DNA from: Ophelia neglecta | Lineage: Eukaryota | Length of the DNA stretch: 64,000 nucleotides | Direction: 5' to 3' | Assembly: GCA_965285935.1 (NCBI GenBank) | Contig: OZ260667.1 | Coordinates: 45,136,001-45,200,000 of the forward strand | Shown here: piece by piece, positions 27,400 to 40,772 of the stretch | Layout: the number at the start of each line of letters is the position of its first letter | How positions within the stretch are numbered: position 1 is the first letter of the stretch | The notes under the pieces: generated by a model | The model's input: only the letters and a program-made list of their open reading frames with translations | Databases searched by the model: none | What the model was told of the DNA's origin: nothing | Program-made: the position numbers and the translations under genes

Positions 27400-29774
27400 G
27401 ACGATTTGGAACAAGCGCTTCCAACTAATTAAGCTGAACTAATATTTTTGCATCAATACCATTTATACCTACTAATTTATACCAGTGACAAACTCAATTT
27501 AAGCCAGCTTCTCAGATTTTTTCTAAATGAAAAAACTTTTAACAATATGACCTACAACTGAGCTCGGTCATTTCAGGAGATGTTTATTTTCTGATCTATA
27601 GCTGTATCTTGATCTTCTGGTAATCCTGATAAAGCTTGGTAGACAACACTAGTCACAGGGTAAAGTAATATTTGTTAACTGCTATCCTCTATCACTGTAT
27701 TATCATTCTATATCTTCCATTGAGGTTGCTACTGTCTTGACAAACTTAATCCAGGACTTCGATTTGCGCATGAATTACTAGATGATCTGAAATGTGTGTA
27801 AATAGCTAGTCAGACGTGTACAGCGTACAGATTCTTTGATCTATGGATTCTTATCACATATGATCCAATGTTTAAGAACTGAAGCCTTTAAAACAGACAG
27901 AAGTGTAGTCAAGTCAAACCAATGGCATGTACACGTACTAAATGTGGGATCAGTGCTCACAAAACCTAAATATACAAGGCACTAGCTTTGTCCTGTATAT
28001 TGTATATCCTGACTGTTTATAATCCTCTAAAGTTTAAATTACAACTGCGCCAATCAAGCCTCGTCTTCAGCAGAGGGCTCGATCCCACCTCCACCAAAAC
28101 CAGTAACCTACACAGCACAGTGTAAAATAGTTGTACACTATACTGTAGGCTCATTGAAGAATACAACAAACTACACTTTAACCTGTGATGAGAGGTGTCA
28201 AGGGAAGTCTTTGGCAAGGAGCTAAGCCGCTTTTATGTTTAGTGTGTATCACTAGACCCATGCGGACTGCCAGGATTAAAGTCATTATAATACCTACATG
28301 GTCAGGTAAGGAGTGGAGGGGGGGAGGAGGGGGGGGGGGGGACTGAACGAATCTTAAGTATGTTGTACATTCTGTGGTAAAACTGACTAAATGAAAACAG
28401 TAAGAAATGTACGAGATGTCTACTATTATCTACTTTTGAACTGTTTTAACTATAAAAGCCCATCAAACAGTCACAGATCAATCAAAGCATCAAGAGATCA
28501 CTGATCAATCAAACAAAGCCACTGATTAGACAAAACCCCATGGCTTACAATTAATTGTTACATTATAATATTAATATATTCACCAATATTAAGGCAGAAC
28601 GAAGTGATACATTTGGTGTTAAAAGAAATGAGCCACAATGATTTGTTGGGTAATGCTGAACATCCCTGATAATCTAACCTAACTCCTATTCCCCCAGGTG
28701 TTTATAACAACCTTTACAAATTAAAGGTGCCCTGTCAACTGTGCAGATTTTATTGTTTACCTGTTTGGATTAAGTGTAAGACTTCTGCTCTATGTTGAAT
28801 ACCGTTCTTAGGGATTTAAATTACACTAAGCGCCTAAAGAACATATAAGGTTTCTTTAGCAGCACAATGGCTGGGTCAGAGGCCCTGCTCTCAGGCTTGG
28901 CACTAGTGTATAAAATCACAATTTGGTTTGGCCCTGTGGTTTAAATGAACAAATTACTATAACTGAATACCATTAATACACTTGGTGAATATCTTTCATT
29001 GATATGTGGCATTTGGCACTGCGCATGTGATTCCGCTATTATAAGTCGGTTCTTTTACAAAATTGATTAACAAAAATTTCCAAAACTGATTAACAATATG
29101 CCACAGAAACTTTGCAATGAACAGCACTAAAGGCCTTAACTCTAGAAATAATGATTATTGCCAGCAACAATCATTATAAATGAGTTCCTGCAATCTTCTA
29201 AATGGATCTTGCAAAGTTTGATAGAGCATATCAAACCTGGTGTACCAGGTTTTCAACTGAATAGAACCAAGCTTATCAACACAAAAATACATTTAAATGG
29301 GACATGGCAGAATAATGAGCAGTATAATTCATCAAAATACTTGGAGGTTTGCTACAAGACCAAATTTTAATTTAAATCTCAAATATATCATATTATGGAT
29401 AGATTCAGTTTGGAGTCACCCCAGTAACATGATTGTGGAAGGCAGATTTAAGCTTTTCCATGAAATCACACTAAAAGGAAGGCAAGAATAGAAGGAGACT
29501 GGTAATTAATGCCACAAGCTGACATCAGGATAATCAAGTGGTCCGTAATAAATCATTAGCCACCCAAATGCTAAAAAAAAAGTTATGCTCTATGTATGAA
29601 ATTGATAGTTCTATGAATATCATAATACATCATGCAATGACTATTAATTCCACATTTCACATATATATAAAAGCAATGGTGTGGTCACTTGCGTTGTTTA
29701 AAACTAAGTAATGGCCCCTCATTAATAGATTGTTTGTTAGTCTTTCATTATGTCCTGTTCTGCCTTTAATCACC

Positions 29775-30102
29775 TCGTTTAGCAGACCTCTTGTCTTGCG
29801 GCCAGTGTCTCCCTTGGCTGCGCCCGTAGCACGCGGGTGAACTCCTCACGGCAACCGAGCTGCTCAGGCCGCCTCGGCCGGCCCCCTTCCGAGCTGGTGT
29901 CACAAGTCTACAGCATGCCAATTCCGAGATGCTCGGCCATCCCTGGCCGTCCCATCCTAGCCTGGCTGGCCGGCGCTCGACAACTGAGAAAGTTCGGTCG
30001 GCAGTTCATCAACGGCGTGCCCGGTGGCCAGTTCAGAGTCCACTGGTCGGAAGTATTTTCACCCGGCCCACCACACCCCGGTTAAATTCTCCATTTATAT
30101 AA
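29775..30102 (-). other. GC-rich, self-complementary block downstream of a TATA box: candidate structured ncRNA or CpG-island first exon
   Basis: About 64% GC over 29821-30060 by hand count in AT-rich surroundings; TTATATAAA at 30094-30102; long-range pair 29834-29841 / 30058-30065; several local hairpins. No RNA family recognised. Confidence 0.4.
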
Positions 30103-31203
30103 TGACAAAGAACACACAACGTTTGTCCGCTGTAAGAAATGCGGTTCAGGCCAAACTAGTTATCGACGTGCCTATATTGTATATATTGTAGCCCGCAGTG
30201 GCCTCTTGTCTTTTATAATACATAATAAATTGTACGCCATTTGAAATTTTATGCGCCAAACTAATAACGAATCTCTGTCATTTTGTTATCACTTAATACT
30301 TTTTTGTCGCCTAATCGGCAGAAACTTTAGTTACAATTTTTACTACCTTCAGCTTATTGTTACTCGCTACGCATAACTTAACCTTAGTGAATATTATGGT
30401 ATTGATACGTCCAAAACCCTATCCCCGCTTAGACGAGGACTAGTATATGTAATGATGTTGCATTAGCTTAAAGCTATCTTAATGAAGAGGAATTTTATTG
30501 TAAAGGACATATACCATTAGATATTAAACCTGACTTGTCAAAGCTCCATATTGATTCTCAGTAAGATCTCTTATTCCTAACAAGACCACTCTGTTCTGGT
30601 AATGACAAAGATCAATCATAGCTAGTTTATGTAGATGATTAGCTTGTATAACACCATCCACCATGACAACTCTTGTCATTTATAATGTCTGGGGTCCAAG
30701 TCCTTCTAAACTAAGTCTCTTCGTTACATAGGAGACTGGGGGTATTTAAAATGGAAAAATGTAAATCCTTGGTTTTTGTTACAAACAAGTGCTTTGGTAG
30801 CTCAACAATATATCTGGCAATGAAAACAGACATGACCTGTGGCAGACAGGTATGACCTTTTAACAGTGTAACCTTTCACATACATTCTTCTGAGAGATGG
30901 AGGTTGATCACTGCTAAGTTATGTATGACCTACAGTTATCAGAAGGATAAACGTTGCTCTTTTCAAGATGGAAGCTTTATTAACTTTTTAACTTTTCAAC
31001 AGTGGGGTGGTGACCCCTGAAGTCCTTATGTTCTATTTAATATGCAATGTTAACTCAAGAAAATCCAATAAACCGACCATAATGATGATAAATATAACAT
31101 AATTTGAGTGGGTGCCCCAATATCAAAGGCATTCTTGTCCATGCTTTACAAGTCCTTTGTTGCTAACTGTCCTGGTCAATATATGAATACAGTACAGCTG
31201 AAT

Positions 31204-31882
31204 TGACCATACCTGCAATACCATACGCCGCCTGGTGGTGACTGCAGAACTACGGTTTTCGTACTTCCCGGTCGACCACTTTTCGCGAGCCACTGCGCAT
31301 CCCACTGCGCATGTTATGCAGGTCACCCAGGGACATGCGAACAGCTGATCAAGATGGCTTGACAGGCTGTCCCCAGTTGTTCCACGCGAAGTATTTCGGA
31401 TCTCCAATCGCGACTCCTCGTTTATTATCCAATTGTTCTGGGTCGAAATGTCTAGAACACAGCCTAGATCGTTTGTTCACGTTCAATTTGTCAACGATCG
31501 TGCAGTTTTCCTCCGAAGGTTTGCCCCGCTCTTCGTAGGCTACAAGGCGCCGCCATAATGCAACCGATGCCGGGTTGTCACGGGGCCATTTAACCCAAGA
31601 TATTTGTTCCATCCAAGGATATTTGTCCAAGTGTTTCATCTTCCTGCTATGCGAGAAGCATTCTGCTGCCTCGCAGATAAACACCATCGTCCCTTCTTTC
31701 GTTTTAAAGCTCAAAATAACGGTTGTACGACGCAGACCTCAGAATGCCATGAAAACGCCATGAAATGTTTATGACAGCTTGGGTACGCCTACTGGAGTGG
31801 TCGACTTTTTTCCCACAATGCATTACGTTATCGTAGTTCTGCGGTTTCCACCAGGCGGCGTATGGTATTGCAGGTATGGTCA
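31204..31882 (-). mobile_element. 679-bp internally deleted DNA transposon with 51-bp TIRs carrying a THAP ORF (ISL2EU/PIF-Harbinger-like; superfamily tentative)
   Basis: TIRs 31204-31254 and 31832-31882 (outer 35 bp perfect, 48/51 overall); AT on both flanks; extra inverted 10-mer GTCGACCACT (31271-31280 / 31796-31805); CpG-rich. Confidence 0.85.
31349..31687 (-). CDS. Stand-alone THAP (C2CH) zinc-finger ORF, 112 aa
   Basis: acgATGg; MVFICEAAEC...KWP...LWRRLV...LCSRHF...DPKYF has the C-x4-C, P, W, CxxHF and terminal P-x-x-F hallmarks of THAP. Confidence 0.75.
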   Translation of the reverse strand: MVFICEAAECFSHSRKMKHLDKYPWMEQISWVKWPRDNPASVALWRRLVAYEERGKPSEENCTIVDKLNVNKRSRLCSRHFDPEQLDNKRGVAIGDPKYFAWNNWGQPVKPS

Positions 31883-34800
31883 ATTATGATAAGCTCTACA
31901 TACTGGGTAGTTGGGTTAATAGATACCCGTGTGCTATGTGGCTGGCTTTCAAGAGAGTGGAAAGCGTTTGCACTAGATATTTGAATAATGGGATTCGAAA
32001 GTCTATTTTCATGAAAATGAGGAGTCCAAGTACAAACAGGGACCAATTATTTTGGATCCCAACTAATTTTCATGCATTAAAAAATATGGCATAAATGCAA
32101 ACCTTGATATTCATTCAATTTTGAATTCATTTGTTTTAAATCAAAATTGATTACATCTCTTACAACAGAGTGGTTTTTTTTATTTCACATGATTATTGCA
32201 ATCATTATTATATTGGATACACTATTTCAGTATATAAAAAGCTCTTTTGAACATGTTACTTTTATCAGAAAACATGCTTTATAAATAGGAAATTTATTTA
32301 ATATTCATATGTAAATAGATTTTCCTGGGAGAGGGCAATTTTTGACTTTCTTATGTCAGGCCCTGCTGCACATGTACATGTACACGTGCATGCCCGCTGA
32401 GACTTTCTTTCATACAGAGATAACAACACTCTTCAGCAAGTTTCAATCAAAATCTGTAAATCAAAATGTTGGATTAAAAAATGGACAAGTTCACATCCTC
32501 AATATTGGATTGCAATTTGCAATCAATACAATCTATATATGCCTGGCCAAAATCATAATAATGTATACATACACAGGCATACATACATGTAATTTAACAG
32601 AACACAGTATGAGACCTTGTACCACACACTTGTCTTTGTATGCAAAAGTGTAAACAAAAGAGATTTAGTCCATATATTACCAATGTGTCAGCTATAAATC
32701 CAAAGCATAGTTGATTAGCCAGTGATTAACTTTTAAACACATACCCATTGGCCTCATTGACACATCTTAAATAGATCCTACTATATACATGTTATCTTCA
32801 CGATAATCTTCTTTATAATTCTTTTTTAATCAGTCTCAAGGGGCATTCAACAATAAAGAGGTGAACACCCCTGAAAGTGGATTCTGAAGTGGACTGCCTT
32901 CCCTCCATAACCTGTCCATAAGTCTGGGCTTGAAGAAACTCAACAGATCTAAGGCTTATTGTTACATGCACACAATCTGGTTTGGCTAGAGAATAAATGG
33001 TACAGATTCTTCAGTAAATAAAAAAAATTGTGTATGTCTCTTATACGCATGCAGTCATTAAGCTTATACCTTGCGAGTACCAGTATATTCAGAGCAAAAG
33101 GCAACTTTGCTAGATATACAGAATGCCTACAAGTTCCCAGTGTGCCAATATGGTCTTAGCCAATCTTAGAGTTTATTTGATGATTGCCTAGTTTAGAATA
33201 GCCTAGTATACAATTTAACCAGTCTCCAATAACAAAAACAAGTTGATATGAGCAGGATATTTTGTTAGTGGAACATGTACGTGTAGGTTTTTTTGTACTG
33301 CTGTATCTATATGTACTCAAATTTGTATTTCCTGTAGGGTGGAACTTATGTCACATTTTCATTTTTTTGATTTAAATGTTAATTTTTGCCCGTTTCCATA
33401 TACAGACTGTACATACAGTGGGATCGAACATTCTACCACATTGTTATCAATTAATCTACAGAGTTAAAAGTTAAATTTCAGGTTTTGTTGCCTTTGAAGC
33501 GTGCAAAATCGGATTTTATATTCTCCTAAACAAAACTCAATAAATTTATTGATAAAATGAAGGAATGTGAAGGGGGTCTGTATCGGGCACTTCATTGGAT
33601 ACAAGTGGGCTTCTTTTTTGCCAGAAGTCTAAAGGATAACTGGTCCCAGTATCTCACAAACAAATAACTATTACCTTTGACAAAACTACTGCTTCAACTG
33701 TTCCTGTTACACTTTGGCCTGTGAGCGCGGGGGGGGGGGGGGGGGGGGACATTTAGACCATAAAATGGGTAAGGCTAGGGTTTTGTTAGGGTTAGAGGGG
33801 TAGGGGAGGGGGAGGGGTTGGTAATCTATAATAATCTAATGAATGAGGATCTAAATCATCACAACAAAATCTGTTCAATACCACACAAAACTGTCACTTC
33901 TGAAAATTACCCTCTAAACTGGTTGAACACTATTTGTTCCCTGGTCATGATTTATATTACAGTATGTTTTTTCCCCATACCTCCCAGAAATCACCCCTAT
34001 TCTACTGAGTTAGTGTCCTGCAAGTCATTGCCATGAGTGGATCAATCAAAAGCCAGGAACATTGTTAACAAGCCTTCACAAGGGGCGTTTGTTATGGAAG
34101 CACCTATACCATTGAAAGGACAGGAATTTTGCCACAATTTGTCGAGCATGTCAAGACACGAGTAAGGTATAGCATTTATAGTGTCTGAAATCAACCCCAG
34201 ATAATGTTAAACAAAGTAGTATACACCAGCTTACATGTCAAACTTAACAGGTTGCTTTGCAATAAATCTATGTCTTTGTTTGAACACTACTTTCGCCTGT
34301 CTATCTGAAATAGGATATATGATTGGAGTGTGGATACCACACAGGAACCATGCAAGCAATTCATCTCCTTGAGCACTCTCTGATCAACATCTTGGATAGT
34401 ATATAACACATTTTATAGTTATATCTACTCCTTCTGTCTAGCATCTTCCTTAATATTTAATAGCCTGATTAAGTCTAGCTATATATGTACTTGTATCCTT
34501 TAACTTCATGCAAAAGAAAAATTAGCAACAACCCTGCAGGAGGTAAAATAACCTCATATAAAGTCAAATGCTCTATTTAAACTTGAAAAGAACTTCACAC
34601 CTTACAAAATTTGCATGCTACTGTCTAGACTACTACAAGGAAAGTAGTTTTGATCTATAGGTAATAAGGCCAGTCGGGGATGATGTAATAATTCTAGTTC
34701 AGCCTGCCAGCAAGGAGGTGACAGCACTGCATACCAATAGTCTGCACTTGAGTGTGGGGCTAGACTACAGATTTGCAGCGGTTCCATGTTCATTGCGAAA

Positions 34801-37800
34801 CCTGTAGCTATCACACAAATGTGAAATTTACCTGAATGGAAAGCCCTCTAAAATGTTAATCATCCCTGAAAGTTTTGTTTTGATTACTTCAACAAGCACT
34901 AAGTAAGGGCTTTTAAAACATCATTCCCATGTTAAATTGCCATATGAACAGCTGAAAGTAGCCCCACTAATCCCAGCCTTACCACTGCCTTTTAATTGCA
35001 ATCAGCTTTGGAGGTAAGAAAAGTGGTTGTTGTCAGCAGTAAGAAACATATCCGACTGGCCCTATTGATATGAGCATGTTCAGGATTGGGCAGCATTTCT
35101 TCATGCTGGGTGTCTGCCTTAGGACACCAATATTAAGTACAGTTTGCTGTAGGCAAGAATCCTTATAGGCTAACTGGTGAACTCCCTGAATTTATAGAAA
35201 TTAATCTAACGAAATTAACAAAGCTTTGCTGCAGGCATGCATTTTTAAAAATCTGGCAAAGATGGATTGGGCAAAGATGAAGGACAAATAATACAGTATT
35301 CCCCTCATATGGGGAGTGGGCAAGACAAAAGAGAACTAAAATGAAACAAACTGAAATAAATTAAATATGAAGATGACCCATTATCACCGTGGTCTGGGTA
35401 TCCTTGTTATGGATCATATCTTTAATTGACTGATTGTCCCAAACATGGGAGTGGTGGGTAAGTGTTTCCAGAACTCTATCCCCTGCCATCTTTTGGTATC
35501 AAAAGGCTCGCTAATAACTTCATGATCTTGCCAGGTGGCTCCCCAGGTAAACTTCCATTGGTTTCAGGCAGTGCCTCATTAAATAGGCAAGAATGGCTGC
35601 AAGCATCATACCCCGTTATCATTCTGCAGGATCCCAAAAAAATGGACTTGGGGTTTTTGACATAACAGCAAAAACTTACATCAAACAACAATCAAAGAAG
35701 TTAAAACAATGAAATAAAATGAATGCCATTGAATCTACCTTCCAAGACACTCCTAATGCTAAACTTTCTATTTTCTATATATAATTAAAGGGATAAGAGT
35801 AGAGATAAACTTTATACAATCAGTGAACCACCTCTCCTGTATCAGTGGCCAGTCATGCAGCCAAATTTTGCACCACCTAAACATGATTATTCAACTTCTG
35901 AACAGATATAAAAATTTAAACAAACCTTCATGATTAAAAGATTTGCTGCAATCATTCCTTCACATATGAAACAATCAATTGCCTCCAATATCAGTATTAA
36001 AAGTTTGACATTGAACAGCTTACAAGAGACTATTATCACCAAAAAAAAACAAATATTCTGAAACCACATGCTTCAACTCAAGTATAAAGACTTGTAGACC
36101 AAGAGCCGTGCTCAGGAATTTTATCTTTTAAGGGAAGATTATTTATAATAAAACCATTTGCATAAGATAACTTAGGATTATATAACATATTAATATAATG
36201 GTTGAGATGAAAGTGGCCAGGTTAACAAGTCCAAGCCTCCTATAATCTCTGTTTGGCTTCAGTTGGTTCTTTTCTCTTGCATATTTGACATGCTAAAACT
36301 GTAGCTCAACACTCCCCATGGGTTATTATGTGGACGTAACAGAGCAAAATACCTCCTGGGAAGAAAACAAAAAACACTACTAGAACGAAATAACGACTTT
36401 GATCTTAAGAATAAGACTTCAAAGCAAGCATGTAATGAATCAATCGATGAAAAAAATCCTTTTTAAAACTTCTTCTTGAGCCAACAGCACTACATTTACA
36501 GTAATGTGCTAATTGGGTTGACCCCTTTGTTCAGAATGCTTAGATATCACCATTTTCATGAAAAAGATCTACCTGGTTTTAGGATTTATCCTGACCGTGG
36601 GAACATGCAAGACTGTCTGTTATAAGTAGTAGTCTGTGTTCCAACAGAGAACTAGTTCTTCATTTATCAACTCCAGAGTAATGCTAGTAAAATCAGCAGA
36701 GTTGGATTACAACAATATTAATCTTATGAAATTAGTAGCTTATTTATAACTTCTAGGAAGTACTTAATGGAATGTTTACTCTGAGAGATCAAGTTATGTT
36801 AAAAATGAGAATAATTTTTTTGAAAGTCCATTTGGGGGTGCAGTGGGGGGGGGGGGTGCAGGGTCGAGAGGGGGGGGGGGTTGTTGGTGGTGAAGTATGT
36901 ACATGTTCAATCTAACCCAGCCCATATGCTGTACACTCATTGCATGCAAATAGCACTTCTTAACTAACTTAATAGTATTAATTAAATTTCTGGGTGAGTA
37001 TTGTTTCATCACAACCCAATCAGTTAAATTAAGCAATCAGCTTTGTTAGATTTCCATGACCATGGTAAGTCTGAACTCAGCTGGGGTGGGATTTCAGCTT
37101 ATCCAATCAGGTCTTATTGTTTATCAAAGATAAAATGAACTTACATCACAATACCAACTCTACTAACTAATCTTGTACAAGTAAGCCCCTCAGCCACTAG
37201 GCTTATCAGCTCCTGGGGAGAAATTAATTCAATATTGGTTAACTTTAAAGAATGAATGCCTATTTGTAATTACTGCATAATGCCAGGCGTGCAATATCTC
37301 ACCTAGAAACAATTAGGCCAAATAAAAGTAATCTTTTGTTTCCTGTATCAGTCCTCAAAGGTCAAGGCAATTTATTTCAATTTATCTTATTATTTATTTC
37401 TGGAAGTAAATTTGTAGTTTCTTTCACAGGAAAATTTTTCATACCAGTAAGTTGTATTTCATAAAGAACTTGACACTGATATAATACCGGTTTATAGAAT
37501 CCTAGCATGATAAACCTGGCCTTCAGAGCATGTGGTCATTCAGATCAAACCGATAAAAACCATTGTGATAAAACCCAATGTGAAACAATATCTTCCCTGG
37601 CTAAAGACCTGAAAAAAGTCTTTTTTGGTAAAATAAAATGAAAAAAAGTTATCCATTTTGGAAAATCATGGGTAGGTAGGATTAAAGGAAACAAAGTTTT
37701 ATTCCGGGGCCTCAACATTAATTTTTTTAAACATTGAGGAGCTAGTCTGCAAACACTTTATATAATCATCTTAATGGGCTTTCCCTCAAAATTTGTCAAT

Positions 37801-39893
37801 GAGTAAACACCCACACATTGCCTTGACTTCCCTAAGTTTTCAACATATTTCAATGATACAGTTGCCAATTAAAAAACATAAACATAATGCCAATAAATGG
37901 CAAAGCATTTTAGGCAAAAAAATAGCTTTTTTTTAAATCAGATGAAACTAAGAAAAAATATAGGACTGGAGTTCTTAGAAACTTTCACATATAGTTGGCT
38001 CAGATGATACAGTAACCTGGATTTCTGTCCAAATTATTTGTTCCCTGACTTTTCCACTTTGCTCTTAAAAACAATTCTTGATTTGTGATAATCTCTCTGA
38101 TGTATCTCTTACTAAATCTATACTTTCACCAGCATGCACATCATTTTATGTATCTACATGCATATGACATTGAAATGGGTGACTTTATATAAACTTAAAT
38201 CTTGGGCGTTTTGAATATCATTACAAATAAGAGCCTCCTTAACTTGCTATGAAAAAATGTTAAATAAGGTGTTTAAGTTAGTTTGTTTTATGGGAATGCA
38301 TGGTATTGACTTAATGCATGATGTAATACATGAACTCACAAGGAGCTGAAACAATTCTACAGCAAGGAATTTGTAAGTTCATGACAGCTGAGAGATGGAA
38401 TATCTAAAAATAGTACAAAACAGGGAAAAAGTTATTTGTTGTTTTGAAATCAAACGTAAGCTAATCTATGATAAAAATTTCATGATATTGTCCTATCTTA
38501 CTAAATACAGACTTCAAGATTGTACTGAGGTAACACCTCAATAGCAATAATATTGGTAACCTGATCTCTGGACCCTTCCTCTCCAAATTAGACAATAAAT
38601 TAGTCAACTCACTGGTGTCAGACAGTTCATGTAAGCAAGTGGCGTACAAATACCTAAATCCAATACCGACACAATGTGCATATATGACGTATGCTATTTA
38701 TCAGATGCACAGTAGCTTTTAATAGCAGATAAATAAGTTTAAAGTATGCTTTTAATGCCCTTCACTCATGGAACTGGCCCTACCCAGTATAGTATACTAA
38801 TTTAGCATTTATTGAAAGCATTCACCCTAAATAATTAATTTCCAATATACAAATAAACTGACTATTTGCAGAGTGTAAAGACAAGACAAGACAGCCTTGT
38901 ATAACTGTATCTGTATAAAACATTCATGACATGCCTGTACTGGTCTAATACCAAAATGGATTAGAAACAGTCAGCCTGGTCTGATCAATACATTAAACCT
39001 GCCATCTAAAAACAAATATCTAGCTCAAAACAGGACATAGTTCTTACCAAAACAGGGTAGGAGCTAAAATAAAAGGGGGTTTTACCAGATCAATTGTCAA
39101 GGAATCGAGCAATTTCACACAACAATTCGTCTTTACAATGTTCTTCTTAAGAAACTGAAACAGTTATTTTTCCAGCCACATCTGCTCCCAACACAAATAT
39201 TGACCCAATCCTATCATGTTATCATGGCATTAAGCTTTGATCTATTGTACTATAGTGATATCAAAATAAAAACAGGGAGAACAGTTGATTCCTACAATCT
39301 CCACTGACTGTAAAGACAAGGTGACTATGGATTTGTCTACAGAAATGCACCCTGTGTTTAACCACTTGGTACATTAGCCACAGTGATACATGCTGCCTGA
39401 TATAACAGGCTTGGTGCTCATTTTACATGGAGACAATTGATAACAGCCTGACATTCACCTGAGTGGCAGTGGTTAGGCTCTGTGCCCTATCACTCATTCT
39501 CATTTCTCAGGATTTAACAAGTGAGAGAAAATGTCAGACTATCACTCTGCCAAGACCAAGTCACACTAGACTTATTAACTCTATAAATGCACTTCTCTTT
39601 ATATTGTTTGTTTGTTAGGCTTAAATCACTTTCATCTGTGAATATCTTTGCAATACAAATTTATTCACAGAAGGCTGTAGAAAATTATTTCATTATCCAG
39701 TGTAGGGTCACCCTTTTCAAACACTACCCCTTTAAGGAACTGGCAAAGTGGCCACTCATTGCAAGAACTGTAAAAACCTTAATACTATCAGTATGTGATA
39801 TTGGTCAAGCCCTGCACATGGTTGCTGGGGACAGGTTGACTCCGCTGGGGCAGGGTGTGGCTGGGGGGATGTTGGGGTGAAATGTAAACTTAC

Positions 39894-40011
39894 CTGGTCT
39901 GACTCTGGTGCTGTCTTGGTTTGTTTCATCCCCAGTGTCAAACTCCACGCCCTGGTCCTTTAAGTCTCTTCTCTGCTGTTTGCTGGGTCTAGTCTTAGAC
40001 ATTCTAGCCAC
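39894..40011 (-). CDS. Coding exon (118 nt, phase 0-1)
   Basis: gataaag|...g|gtaagt; VARMSKTRPSKQQRRDLKDQGVEFDTGDETNQDSTRVRP; phases match both neighbours. Confidence 0.8.
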
Positions 40012-40557
40012 CTTTATCAATGAGAAATCATATGTAATCGACAAGAAGAAATATGCATAGTATTTTACTACTCAGGACAATGAGCTGTACTACAGGCCTA
40101 TACTCGAGGTTGCCAGGATATAGATTGCTGATAATGCTTTTAACTTTTAACCTCCAAAAGGCAATTGTGTTGAATGTAAACACCCTTGTTACACCTGTTC
40201 ATACCACTTCAATGAAGCCATGAAATTTCAATATTTTATTGAGCTAATGCAGCAAGGACATTGTAGCAAGAAGCAAGATTCATATAGGAGAAAAATGAAC
40301 AGGGCATGAAATGAATAGGGCCTAAAATGAGCCTTGTGGGCCTTTTTCAAGGTCAATACTGTACTACTGTACTAACAGGAATATAATTATAATATATTTC
40401 TTATTATTATAAATACACTAAATACACACTTACATACAATACCTTTTTTTATTGAGTTGGTCTAGAAACCTTTTTCTATTGGTATTCTACATAAATGTCC
40501 AGTATGAGGTAAAGATTAAAAGAAAGAGCAGATCAAACACAATAGAATGAAACTTAC

Positions 40558-40772
40558 CTCTACTCCTGTCATATTGTACAGCTCGGTGTCTATTTTATCC
40601 ATTATGAAGTCCACTGCATCAAATTTAGCTTGCTTAGACCACTTTTTCCCCTGAAAGTTATGTCCACTCGACTGGCCCTTTCTGCCTTTGGGTGTTCTCA
40701 TACTATCTGCTATTTCCAAACGAGGCGTTTTCTCGATTTCAGATTCACAGTCCTCATCTAGCAGAGACCGAG
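40558..40772 (-). CDS. Coding exon (215 nt, phase 1-0)
   Basis: tgttttcag|...gag|gtaagt; within ORF 40516-40782 (RSLLDEDCESEIEKTPR...IDTELYNMTGVE). Confidence 0.85.

Noticed and set aside
29837-30085. 82-aa plus-strand ORF, or identification as 7SK, 7SL, RNase P/MRP, U3 or telomerase RNA
   Set aside because: The ORF has a non-ATG start and is expected in GC-rich DNA; the diagnostic motifs of the named RNAs were not found.
33765-33820. Telomeric repeat (ttagggttag)
   Set aside because: Fewer than two perfect units in a G-rich low-complexity patch.
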